DNA from: Paracoccaceae bacterium
GTDB lineage: Bacteria > Pseudomonadota > Alphaproteobacteria > Rhodobacterales > Rhodobacteraceae
Assembly: GCA_026417295.1 (NCBI GenBank)
Contig: JAOADN010000007.1
Coordinates: 224-64,223, forward strand
Direction of reading: 5' to 3'
Length of the DNA stretch: 64,000 nucleotides
Shown here piece after piece: positions 46,352-55,342 of this stretch. Within the stretch, counting starts at the first letter, position 1; each line of letters begins with the position of its first letter. The translations under genes were made by a program, and so were the position numbers. The notes under the pieces were generated by a model, which did not search any database, was not told the DNA's origin, and saw only the letters and a list, made by a program, of their open reading frames with translations.

Positions 46352-47454
46352 CAGCCGTTCCCGACGCGAAGCCGATGATCGAGATTCGCGATGTGCACAA
46401 GTATTACGGCGACTATCACGCGCTGCGCGGGATCAACGCCGTCATCAATGCGGGCGAGTTCTTCTCGCTGCTCGGCCCCTCGGGCTGCGGCAAGACGACG
46501 CTCCTGCGCACGATCGCGGGGTTCGAGGACATCTCCTCGGGGGCGATCCTGATCGACGGCAAGGACATGCACGAGGTGCCGGCGAACCGGCGGCCGACGA
46601 ACATGGTCTTCCAGTCCTATGCGATCTTTCCCCATCTGACGGTCGAGCAGAACGTGGGCTTCGGCCTGAGGAAGGATCCGCGCAGCCCCGCCGAGAAGGC
46701 GAAGGCCGTGGCCGAGGCGCTGGCGATGGTCGGGCTGACCGGGTTCGGCACGCGCGCGGCGCATGCGCTTTCGGGCGGGCAGCGCCAGCGGGTGGCCCTT
46801 GCCCGCGCGCTGATCCTGAAGCCCAAGGTGCTGCTGCTGGACGAGCCGCTCTCGGCGCTGGACAAGAAGATGCGCGAGACGATGCAGGAGGAGCTGATCA
46901 AGCTGCAGCGTCAGGTCGGCATCACCTTCATCCTGGTCACCCACGACCAGGAGGAGGCGCTGGTCATGTCGGACCGAATCGCGGTGATGTTCGAGGGCGA
47001 GATCGCGCAGCTCGACGATCCCGAGACGCTCTACCGCCGGCCGAACTCGCGCCGGGTGGCGGAGTTCATCGGGGTGATGAACTTCGTGCCGGGCAAGGTC
47101 CTGTCGGAGACCGCCGGGCGGATCGAGCTGGACGTGCAGGGCCTCGGCCGCTGCCAGATCGCGCCCGCGCAGGCGCCGGCGGGCGGCAGGGCGACGGGCG
47201 AGATCTCGGTGGGGTTCCGCCCCGAGACGCTGACCATCCTCTACGAGGGGCAGGCGGCTTCCGACCGCGAATGCATGGGCACGATCGCCGAGGTCGTCTA
47301 TTTCGGCGACATGACCTATTACGACGTGAAGCTCGACGGGGTGGACAGGCCGGTCCGCCTGTCGATGCGCAACGTGCCGGGGCGGCCGGTGCTGGACCTG
47401 GGGGTGCGCACGCGCATCGCCTGGTCGCCGGGGGCGCTGGTCCTGTTCCGCTAG
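46348..47454 (+). CDS. ABC transporter ATP-binding protein (PotA-like)
   Basis: GTG 46348 overlaps the permease stop. Walker A GPSGCGKTT, signature LSGGQRQR, Walker B LLLDEPLSALD, and a C-terminal TOBE-like domain. Confidence 0.9.
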   Translation: MTAVPDAKPMIEIRDVHKYYGDYHALRGINAVINAGEFFSLLGPSGCGKTTLLRTIAGFEDISSGAILIDGKDMHEVPANRRPTNMVFQSYAIFPHLTVEQNVGFGLRKDPRSPAEKAKAVAEALAMVGLTGFGTRAAHALSGGQRQRVALARALILKPKVLLLDEPLSALDKKMRETMQEELIKLQRQVGITFILVTHDQEEALVMSDRIAVMFEGEIAQLDDPETLYRRPNSRRVAEFIGVMNFVPGKVLSETAGRIELDVQGLGRCQIAPAQAPAGGRATGEISVGFRPETLTILYEGQAASDRECMGTIAEVVYFGDMTYYDVKLDGVDRPVRLSMRNVPGRPVLDLGVRTRIAWSPGALVLFR

Positions 47455-47484
47455 GCGGCGGGGCGGCACGGGCGCGCGCCGGGC

Positions 47485-48060
47485 CTAGCGCGCCAGCGTC
47501 ATCCTGCGGCCGTCGATGGTGATGCGGTAGCGCGACAGGTAGCTCATCCCCAGAAGCGAGGTGTCGAGCTCGCCCGAATTGACGACGGCGGGCACGCCCG
47601 CGTCACGGAAGCCCGCAAGCTCGACCATCCCCAGCGTGACGGGGGCCGTCTCGACCCGGCCGTTGGCGGTGAGCGCGCGCCCGGTATAGGCCAGCGCGGC
47701 GGTGTCGATGCCCAGCCGCTCGGCATCGCGCCGGGACAGCACGATGTCCGAGGCGCCGGTGTCGATGACGAAGTTCACCCGCGTGCCGTCGACCGTGGCG
47801 GTCACGTAGAAGTGGCCGTCGGGGGCCATCGTCAGCTCGAGCGTGCCGTCCTGTGCGACGAGGCCGCGGCCCGTGGTCTCGCGCGCGACGCGGTCCCACA
47901 GGCCGTAGCCGGCGACGACGCCGAGGAAGATCAGCCCCCAGACGACCGCCTGCTGGGCGACCCGGCCGAGGCGGGCGCGGTTCTCGACGATGAAATAGGC
48001 CCCGATGACGCTGGCCAGCAGGATCAGGTAGATGAGCTGCCCCAGATCGTCGCCCGACAT
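47485..48060 (-). CDS. retropepsin-like (clan AA, TIGR02281-type) membrane-anchored aspartic protease
   Basis: 191 aa from ATG 48060 with two N-terminal TM helices and the active site FVIDTGASDIVLS. Confidence 0.8.
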   Translation of the reverse strand: MSGDDLGQLIYLILLASVIGAYFIVENRARLGRVAQQAVVWGLIFLGVVAGYGLWDRVARETTGRGLVAQDGTLELTMAPDGHFYVTATVDGTRVNFVIDTGASDIVLSRRDAERLGIDTAALAYTGRALTANGRVETAPVTLGMVELAGFRDAGVPAVVNSGELDTSLLGMSYLSRYRITIDGRRMTLAR

Positions 48061-48112
48061 GCCGCCCCCCGGATGCGCCCTGCGACCGATGTAGGATGGG
48101 CGCGCGGCCTTG

Positions 48113-48751
48113 TCACCCGGCGGCGAGTGCGGGCACGAGGCCCGTGCCGCGGATTCCGTCGAGGACGAACTGCACAGAGAGGGCGGCGAGCAGCATGCCG
48201 AGAAGGCGGGTGATGACGACGATCCCGGTGCGGCCGAGGGCGCGCTCGATGGGGCCGGCGATGCGGAAGAAGAAGAGCGAGACGAGGACGACGCCGGCCA
48301 TGATGCCGAGCACGGCGGCGACATGGCCGGGATGGCCCTCGGCCCGCGGCGTGTTGACAAGCAGGATCATCGTCGTGAAGGCGCCCGGGCCGGCGATCAG
48401 CGGCGTGGCGAGCGGAAAGACCGAAGGATCGGAGGAGGAGGGGTGCTGGTCCTCGCGCCGGCGGGTGCGGCGTTCGAACAGCATGTCGAGCGCGGTGAGG
48501 AACAGCAGGATCCCCCCGGCGATGCGGAAGGCCGGCATCGAGATGCCCGAGACGCGCAGGATCGCCTCGCCCAGCAGGCCGAAGGAGGCCATGAGGACGA
48601 TGGCGATGAGCGAGGCGCGGCGGGCCACCGCCCGGCGCTGCGCGTCGTCCATCCCCTGGGTGAGCGCGATGAAGAGCGGCACAAGCGCGACCGGATCGAC
48701 GATGACGAACATCGTCACGGCGGCGGTGACGTAGAACTGCAGGTCGAGCAT
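48113..48751 (-). CDS. MarC-family (NAAT) integral membrane protein
   Basis: 212 aa: MLDLQFYVTAAVTMFVIVDPVALVPLFIALT... and PLATPLIAGPGAFTT. Confidence 0.85.
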   Translation of the reverse strand: MLDLQFYVTAAVTMFVIVDPVALVPLFIALTQGMDDAQRRAVARRASLIAIVLMASFGLLGEAILRVSGISMPAFRIAGGILLFLTALDMLFERRTRRREDQHPSSSDPSVFPLATPLIAGPGAFTTMILLVNTPRAEGHPGHVAAVLGIMAGVVLVSLFFFRIAGPIERALGRTGIVVITRLLGMLLAALSVQFVLDGIRGTGLVPALAAG

Positions 48752-48858
48752 CAGGCAGCCCCGCCCGGCGGTCGAGCCCGGCCGTCCCGGCCCTGGTCCA
48801 AGGTTGCCACCGCCGCTCTCCGTTCCCCCCGGGCCGCGCCGGCCCGCCCTGTCGCCGA

Positions 48859-50703
48859 TCAGGCCTCGCCGGCCGCCTCGAGCCTCTCGGCCGCAGCAAG
48901 CCACAGCGCCTCGGCGCGGTCCAGTCCTTCCATCACCTCGGCGTATTTCCTCTGCCAGACGGCGGCCTCGGCGGGATTGTCGTAGAGCGCCGGGTTGGCG
49001 AGCCTGAGGGCGAGTTCGTCGCGCATCGCGTTCAGCCGGTTGAGGCGTTCCTCCGACTTGCGCAGGTCGGCCCGCAGGGCGAGCAGCGCCTCGCGCGAGG
49101 GCCTCGCCGCCTTCGGCCGCGGCGGGGTGGCGCGCGGGGGCTCGTCGCCGGCCAGAAGCTCGGCGCGGTAGGCCTCGAGATCCTTCTCGTAGGGCCGGAC
49201 CGTGCCCTTGCCCACCAGCCAGAGCCGGTCGGCGACCAGCGACAGGAGGTGCATGTCGTGGCTGACCAGGATGACTGCGCCGGAATATCCGGTCAGCGCC
49301 TCGACCAGCGCCTCGCGGCTTTCGATGTCGAGGTGGTTGGTGGGTTCGTCGAGGATGAGCAGGTGCGGCGCGTCGACCGTGGCGAGCAGCAGCGACAGCC
49401 GCGCCTTCTGCCCGCCCGAGAGGCGCGCCACCGGGGTGTCGGCCTGGTCGGCCATCAGGCCGAAGCCCGCCAGGCGCGCCCGCAGCCGGGGGTCGGGCTC
49501 GTCCGGGCGCAGGCGCCGGATGTGCTGGAGGGGCGTATCGTCGGGCTGCAGCTCCTCTATCTGGTGCTGCGCGAAATAGCCGATGCGCAGCTTCGGGGAC
49601 CGCAGCATGCGCCCCTCGATCAGGGGAAGCCTGCCCGCCAGGAGTTTCGACAGGGTCGACTTGCCTTCGCCGTTGCGGCCGAGGAGCGCGATCCGGTCGT
49701 CCTGGTCGATGCGCAGGTCCAGCCGGCGCAGCACGGCCCTGCCGCCATAGCCGACCGCGCCGCCCTCGACGGTGATGATGGGGGGCGGGAGCTGCTCGGG
49801 TTCGGGGAAGGTGAAGACCTGCCGGCGGGCCTCGTCCGGTGCCGTGACCGGCACCATCTTCTCGAGCATCTTCAACCGGCTCTGCGCCTGCGCCGCCTTC
49901 GAGGCCTTGGCGCGGAAGCGGTCCACGAAGGCCTGGAGATGGGCGCGGCGGGCCTCCTGCTTCCGCGCCTCGGCCTGGATGACGGCGATGGTCGCCGCCC
50001 GGGACCGGGCGAAGGTGTCGTAGCCGCCCGACCAGAGGGTCAGCCGGCGGTCCTCGAGGTGCAGGATCGATCCGACGGCGCGGTTCAGCAGGCCCCGGTC
50101 GTGGCTGATGATGATGACGGTATGGGGATATTTCGCGAGGTAGCCCTCCAGCCAGAGCGCCCCCTCGAGGTCGAGGTAGTTGGTGGGCTCGTCGAGAAGC
50201 AGCAGGTCGGGCCGGGCGAAGAGCACCCCCGCAAGGGCGACGCGCATCCGCCAGCCGCCGGAGAAGTCGGCGCAGGGGCGCTGCTGGTCGGCGGCCTCGA
50301 AGCCGAGGCCGCGCAGGATGGCGCTGGCGCGGCCCTCGGCCGACCAGGCGTCGATATCCGCGAGGCGGTGCTGGATCTCGGCGATGCGGTGGGGGTCGGT
50401 CGCGCCGGCGGCCTCTGCGAGCAGCGCCGCGCGTTCGGTATCGGCGGCGAGCACGGTCTCGAGCAGCGAGGCGGCCGTGGCCGGGGCCTCCTGCGCGACG
50501 CAGCCGATGCGGGCGCGGACGGGCAGGGTGATCGAACCGCCCTCGAGCGCCAGTTCGCCGCGGATCAGGCGGAAGAGCGTGGTCTTGCCGCTGCCGTTGC
50601 GCCCGACGAGGCCGACCTTGTGGCCGGCCGGAATGGCGGCGGAGGCGCCCTGGAACAGGGGGCGGCCCTCGACCGAATAGGTGATGTCGCTGATCCGCAG
50701 CAT
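48859..50703 (-). CDS. ABC-F family ATPase (two ABC domains, no TM domain)
   Basis: 614 aa. Walker A motifs GRNGSGKTT and GRNGEGKST, signatures FSGGWRMR and LSGGQKAR, and a C-terminal coiled-coil. Confidence 0.92.
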   Translation of the reverse strand: MLRISDITYSVEGRPLFQGASAAIPAGHKVGLVGRNGSGKTTLFRLIRGELALEGGSITLPVRARIGCVAQEAPATAASLLETVLAADTERAALLAEAAGATDPHRIAEIQHRLADIDAWSAEGRASAILRGLGFEAADQQRPCADFSGGWRMRVALAGVLFARPDLLLLDEPTNYLDLEGALWLEGYLAKYPHTVIIISHDRGLLNRAVGSILHLEDRRLTLWSGGYDTFARSRAATIAVIQAEARKQEARRAHLQAFVDRFRAKASKAAQAQSRLKMLEKMVPVTAPDEARRQVFTFPEPEQLPPPIITVEGGAVGYGGRAVLRRLDLRIDQDDRIALLGRNGEGKSTLSKLLAGRLPLIEGRMLRSPKLRIGYFAQHQIEELQPDDTPLQHIRRLRPDEPDPRLRARLAGFGLMADQADTPVARLSGGQKARLSLLLATVDAPHLLILDEPTNHLDIESREALVEALTGYSGAVILVSHDMHLLSLVADRLWLVGKGTVRPYEKDLEAYRAELLAGDEPPRATPPRPKAARPSREALLALRADLRKSEERLNRLNAMRDELALRLANPALYDNPAEAAVWQRKYAEVMEGLDRAEALWLAAAERLEAAGEA

Positions 50704-50747
50704 GGCGCGGGGAAGTGCCCCAAGCCGCGGCGCGCGTCAACCGCGGC

Positions 50748-51179
50748 TCAGCCCCGGCCGTCGGGATATTCGGCCGGGCCCTTGACCTCGAGGAGGTTGC
50801 CGAAGGGATCCCTGAAATAGAAGGAATGGCCGATGCCGCGCGCGCCGCCATGGACCGCCTCGCGCTCGATGGCGACGCCGCGGGCGGCGAGGTGGTCGCG
50901 CAGCGCAGCCGGGGCGAAGGGGCCGGTGGCGATGCAGAGGTGATCGACGTTGCGTCCGCCGGCGACCGGTGGCACGGCCCCGGCGGCGCCGGGATGGGTG
51001 ATGTCCCAAAGGACGATCAGGGCAGCCCCGCACCAGAGCTGTTCCATGCCCAGGGCGGGGTAGGAATAGCCGTCGGCACAGCCGAGGACGCCGCGGTAGA
51101 AGGCAAGGGCAGTCTGCATGTCGTCGACGAGGAGGACGACATGGTCGAGGCCGACGAGGGTGAAGGGCGGGGCGGACAT
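50748..51179 (-). CDS. VOC-family (glyoxalase/bleomycin-resistance/dioxygenase) protein
   Basis: 143 aa with LDHVVLLVDDMQTALAFYRGVLG...HLCI...FYFRDPFGNLLE. Confidence 0.75.
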   Translation of the reverse strand: MSAPPFTLVGLDHVVLLVDDMQTALAFYRGVLGCADGYSYPALGMEQLWCGAALIVLWDITHPGAAGAVPPVAGGRNVDHLCIATGPFAPAALRDHLAARGVAIEREAVHGGARGIGHSFYFRDPFGNLLEVKGPAEYPDGRG

Positions 51180-51441
51180 GGGCCGCCGCCAGTTCGCGGC
51201 GCGCGGCGGCGGAAGTCAAGCCCAGCGACGGCGGGCTGCGCGCCAGGCCGGGCGGGGCGGCAGGGCCGTGCGGGAGAGGGGCCCGGCGGGAGGGCAGCGG
51301 TGCCTGCGCCCTCCGTGGCCACGCGCCGGCGCGACGGTGCCGGGGTGGAGGACGGGGTCGGGCCCTTGCGTCCCGTTCCCTGGCGAAGAGCGACCGCAAG
51401 GGAGCGATGAGCCGCTCATCGGCCCTTACGGGCCTCTTCGC

Positions 51442-51466
51442 TGAGGGATGGACGTGAGGGATGGAC
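51442..51466. repeat. tandem direct repeat TGAGGGATGGAC x2 (13-bp period)
   Basis: Copies at 51442-51453 and 51455-51466, identical and separated by a single G. Confidence 0.7.
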
Positions 51467-52153
51467 CCGCTGATGTGCGCGCAGGCCACGGCCGCGGGCG
51501 GGGCGGGCAAGGCCCGTCGCCGTTCCGTGCCCCGCCGGCCGCCGGCCTTGCCGCATGCATGCGGTGCAAGGGTTGCGCGGAAAGGGTTGATCACGGGTTA
51601 ATGGCGGCCGGCCCCGCGGCCGGCGCCCTCCCTTGCGGCTGACGACCGGGCCACTGCGCCATCCGGTCCTCGCCCGCGGTGGGGCTTACCTTCGGCGCGC
51701 CGCCCGCGCGGGACCGTTCCGCCTTCCGCGCGCCCCCACCGGACCTTCCCTGCAAGATGGCACCGGGCAGCGGGGGCCGCGGGCGGGGCCGGGCGCCTGA
51801 CCCATGCTCGTGCGGCCCCGGCGCTGTCCCAGGCAGCTGACGGCCGGGGCGGCCCGGCCCCCGGTCCGCGCCCGTGCGGGACCGTCCTCGCGCGGTCATG
51901 GCGGGCGCAGGGACGGGCGCGCGCTGCGGCATCGCCGGGATGCCCCCGTCCGTCGCCCTGAAGCCCTCCGGCCCGTCCGCGCCGGCGATGCCGTCATGAC
52001 GCCCGACCCGGTCGTGGACGTCCCAACCGCCCCCGTGGGGGCACGTCCTGCCCTGCGCCCCGCCTTTCCATCCCGCCCCGGCCATGCTAGCAGGCGCCCG
52101 AACCCTTCCGGGGCGCGCCGCCGGCGTGTCCCCCCATCCATCAGAGGCATCCC

Positions 52154-52576
52154 ATGGCGACCGAACGCACGCTCTCCATCATCAAGCCCGACGCGACGAA
52201 GCGGAACCTGACGGGCAAGATCAACGCCCGCTTCGAGGAGGCGGGCCTGCGCATCATCGCCCAGAAGCGCATCCACATGACGCTCGGCCAGGCGCAGCAG
52301 TTCTACGCCGTGCACAAGGACCGGCCCTTCTTCGGCGAGCTGACCGAGTTCATGGCCTCGGGCCCGGTCGTCGTGCAGGTCCTCGAAGGTGAGGGCGCGA
52401 TCGCGAAGAACCGCGAGGTGATGGGGGCCACGAACCCCGCGAATGCCGCGCCGGGGACGATCCGCAAGGATTTCGCCCTCTCGGTGGGCGAGAACTCGGT
52501 CCACGGCTCGGACGCGCCCGAGACGGCGGCGGTCGAGATCGCCTTCTTCTTCTCGGGGCTGGAACTCGTCGGCTAG
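52154..52576 (+). CDS. ndk: nucleoside diphosphate kinase
   Basis: Starts [32 protein letters not shown], with the active-site region NSVHGSDA. Confidence 0.97.
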   Translation: MATERTLSIIKPDATKRNLTGKINARFEEAGLRIIAQKRIHMTLGQAQQFYAVHKDRPFFGELTEFMASGPVVVQVLEGEGAIAKNREVMGATNPANAAPGTIRKDFALSVGENSVHGSDAPETAAVEIAFFFSGLELVG

Positions 52577-54060
52577 GCGTTGCCCGCCGCCCCGGCCGCC
52601 CTGCGGCCGGGGCCGATGGCCGCCAGAGCGATGACGACGAGCGGCAGGACGTAGTTGAACACGGCGTAGGGCGCATAGTGGATGGTCGAGACGCCCAGCG
52701 TCGCGGCCATGTAGGCGCCGCAGCTGTTCCACGGGACCAGCGCCGAGGTCGGCGTCGCCGCGGCCGCCACGGTGCGGGTCAGCATCACCGGCGGGTAGCC
52801 CAGGCCGGCGACCGCACCGCGGAACATGCGCGCCGGCAGGACGATCGCCATGTACTGGTCGGCGGTGATCATGTTGGCGCCGACGACGGCGCCGACGATC
52901 GAGGCGACGAGCCGCGTCGCCGAGCGGGCCGCGGCGACGACCGGCGCGATCAGCCGCGACAGGACGCCCGCGCGCTCGACCACCCCGCCATAGCCGAGCG
53001 CGGCCATGATGAGCCAGATCGTGGGCAGCATGCTTTCCATGCCGCCGCGCGACAGGAGGGTGTCGAGCGGCCCGATCCCGGTGTCGGAGCGGAAGCCCGT
53101 CGCCAGAACCTGCCAGGCCCCCTTGAGCACCGCGACCGGGCCCCAGAGCGCCCCCGCCGGGTCGGCGAAGGCGGCGAGGCGGCCGGGGTCGAGGACGACG
53201 GCGACCAGAAGGCCCGTCAGGGCGCCGAGGATGATCGTGGTGAAGGGCGCCACGCGCATCAGCGCGAGGCCGGCGACGACGGCCAGCGGCAGGAAGAGCC
53301 AGGGCGTCATGTGGAACTCGGCCCCGATCACGGCGAGCGCGCCGCTGACATCCACCGACTTCGGCACGCTGAGCAGCCTGAAGACCGCGCCGGCGATCAG
53401 GAAGCCCAGGGCCGTGGGCAGGGCGATGGCGCGCAGGTGGGTGTAGAGCGGCACGCCCCCGCCGCCCGAGGCGAGGTTGGCGGTGTCCGACAGGGGCGAG
53501 ACCAGCTCGCCCACATAGGCCCCCGCGATGATCGCCCCGGCGGCGAGCGCGGGATCGATCCCCATGTTGACCGCCATGCCCATGAACCCCACGCCCAGCG
53601 TGCCGGCGGTCGTCCAGGACGAGCCGAGGCAGGTCGCCACGGCGGCGCAGACGAGGAAGGCCGAGAGGGGAAAGTAGGACGGGCTGAGCCAGGACAGGCC
53701 GTAATAGACCATGGCGACCAGCGTCCCCGACACCGCCCAGGCCCCGATCAGCGCCCCCACGGCGAAGAGGATCAGGATGGCGCCGATCCCCGAACTGATC
53801 GAGGCGACGGCGGCGCGGTTCAGCTCCTCGAGGCTGTGGCCCGCACGCCGCGCCACCCAGACGCCGGTCATCGCCGCAAGGACGAGGGCGATCTGGTTCG
53901 GCCCCTCGAATCCGGCATCGCCGAAGAGCAGGACGGAGGCGACGATGAGGACGATCAGCGTGACGACGGGGACGAGCGCCTCCCACAGCGCGAGCGGCCG
54001 CGTGCCGGGCGGCTGGCCCGTCTCCCCGGGCTCGGCGCGGGTGCCGCCGGTCACCGTCAC
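52573..54060 (-). CDS. Na+/H+ antiporter NhaC-family protein
   Basis: 495 aa polytopic protein with NhaC-like segments [18 protein letters not shown]. Its stop overlaps the ndk stop on the opposite strand (CTAG). Confidence 0.8.
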   Translation of the reverse strand: MTVTGGTRAEPGETGQPPGTRPLALWEALVPVVTLIVLIVASVLLFGDAGFEGPNQIALVLAAMTGVWVARRAGHSLEELNRAAVASISSGIGAILILFAVGALIGAWAVSGTLVAMVYYGLSWLSPSYFPLSAFLVCAAVATCLGSSWTTAGTLGVGFMGMAVNMGIDPALAAGAIIAGAYVGELVSPLSDTANLASGGGGVPLYTHLRAIALPTALGFLIAGAVFRLLSVPKSVDVSGALAVIGAEFHMTPWLFLPLAVVAGLALMRVAPFTTIILGALTGLLVAVVLDPGRLAAFADPAGALWGPVAVLKGAWQVLATGFRSDTGIGPLDTLLSRGGMESMLPTIWLIMAALGYGGVVERAGVLSRLIAPVVAAARSATRLVASIVGAVVGANMITADQYMAIVLPARMFRGAVAGLGYPPVMLTRTVAAAATPTSALVPWNSCGAYMAATLGVSTIHYAPYAVFNYVLPLVVIALAAIGPGRRAAGAAGNA

Positions 54061-54076
54061 CGCCCCGTCCCCCGGC

Positions 54077-55321
54077 CTAGTAGTCCACCGCGTCGCGGAT
54101 GATCGGGCAGGTCATGCAGTGCCCGCCGCCGCGGCCGCGCCCGAGTTCGGCGCCCGAGATCGTGATCACCTCGATCCCCTCCTTGCGCAGCAGCGTGTTG
54201 GTGTAGGTGTTGCGGTCATAGGCGAAGACGACGCCCGGCGAGGCGCAGACGAGGTTCGCCCCCGAATCCCACTGCGTGCGCTCGCGGACATAGGCGTTGC
54301 CGCCGGTATCGACGACCCGCAGCTTCCTGAGGTTCAGCGCCTCGGCCACGGCCTTGATCCAGCCGCCCTCGTGCCTGCGCACGTCGAAGCCGCCCTTCTT
54401 GCCGGGGCGCACCGAATAGGGGGTGATGGTGTCGACGATGTCGGGATACTGCAGCACGCAGTCGCGGTCGGCGAAGGTGAAGACCGTGTCGAGATGCATG
54501 GCCGCCCGCAGCGAGGGCATGGCGGCGACGAGGACGTGGTCAACCACGTCCTGGTCGAAGAGCGCCCGCGCCATCAGCGCGATCCCCTGGCGCGAGGTGC
54601 GTTCGGACATGCCGATCAGCATCGTGCGGTTGCCCGCGGGCATGACGTCGCCGCCCTCGACGGTGGCCAGGCCGTGATCCTCTTCGGGGTTGCCCCACCA
54701 GATCTTCACCTTGCCGGCGAAATCGGGGTGGAAGCGGTAGATCGCCGTGGTCAGCAGCGTCTCGTCCTTGCGGGCCGGCCAGTAGAGCGGGTTCACCGTG
54801 CAGCCGCCATAGACCCAGCAGGTCGTGTCGCGGGTGTAGAGCGTGTTCGGCAGGGGCGAGATCAGGTACTGGGTGATACCCGAGGACTGGCGGATCAGGT
54901 TCATCAGCTCGCCCGAGATCGTCTCGGGGAATTCCTCGACCGAGAGCCCGCCGATCAGCGTCTCGGCCAGTTCGCGGTTCGACATGCCCTCGAGGTAGCT
55001 GCGCACCTCGTCCATCAGGCCGAGGCCCACCTCGTTGGCGGTGACGCGGTTGTCGAGGATCCACTTGCGCGCCTCGGGCAGGGCCATGGTCTGTTCGAGA
55101 AGGTCGTGCATCTCGACGACATCGACGCCGCGGTCGCGCAGCTTCTGCTGGAAGTCGAGATGGTCGCGCTTGGCCGTCTCGACCCAGATCACGTCGTCGA
55201 AGAGAAGCCGGTCGCAGTTCGACGGCGTCAGCCGGGCATGCGCCCGCCCAGGTGCGCAGACCATGACCTTGCGGAGCTGGCCGACCTCGGAATGGACGCC
55301 GAACGGGGTGGAGACTGGCAT
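54077..55321 (-). CDS. arcA: arginine deiminase
   Basis: 414 aa with [19 protein letters not shown]... and a C-terminal ...[12 protein letters not shown] containing the catalytic Cys. Confidence 0.93.
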   Translation of the reverse strand: MPVSTPFGVHSEVGQLRKVMVCAPGRAHARLTPSNCDRLLFDDVIWVETAKRDHLDFQQKLRDRGVDVVEMHDLLEQTMALPEARKWILDNRVTANEVGLGLMDEVRSYLEGMSNRELAETLIGGLSVEEFPETISGELMNLIRQSSGITQYLISPLPNTLYTRDTTCWVYGGCTVNPLYWPARKDETLLTTAIYRFHPDFAGKVKIWWGNPEEDHGLATVEGGDVMPAGNRTMLIGMSERTSRQGIALMARALFDQDVVDHVLVAAMPSLRAAMHLDTVFTFADRDCVLQYPDIVDTITPYSVRPGKKGGFDVRRHEGGWIKAVAEALNLRKLRVVDTGGNAYVRERTQWDSGANLVCASPGVVFAYDRNTYTNTLLRKEGIEVITISGAELGRGRGGGHCMTCPIIRDAVDY

Positions 55322-55342
55322 GATTTCGGTTCCTCGGATTGA

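Noticed and set aside
51690-51740. Minus-strand GCGCGGAAGGCGGAACGG as a possible SRP (4.5S) RNA domain IV
   Set aside because: The flanks of the GGAA do not form the conserved helix 8 with its symmetric and asymmetric loops, and the conserved AGCA/GGCA elements are missing.
51591-52211. ORFs 51591..52085 (minus strand, 164 aa) and 51804..52211 (plus strand, 135 aa) inside the gap
   Set aside because: Both translate to Arg/Pro/Gly/Ala-rich low-complexity sequence, have no G/C third-position bias on manual reading, and have no SD. The second also overlaps the ndk start.
52573-52576. Overlapping convergent stop codons of ndk and nhaC (CTAG)
   Set aside because: This is real but trivial. It is a compact convergent arrangement with no room for a terminator, and I did not consider it a functional element in itself.
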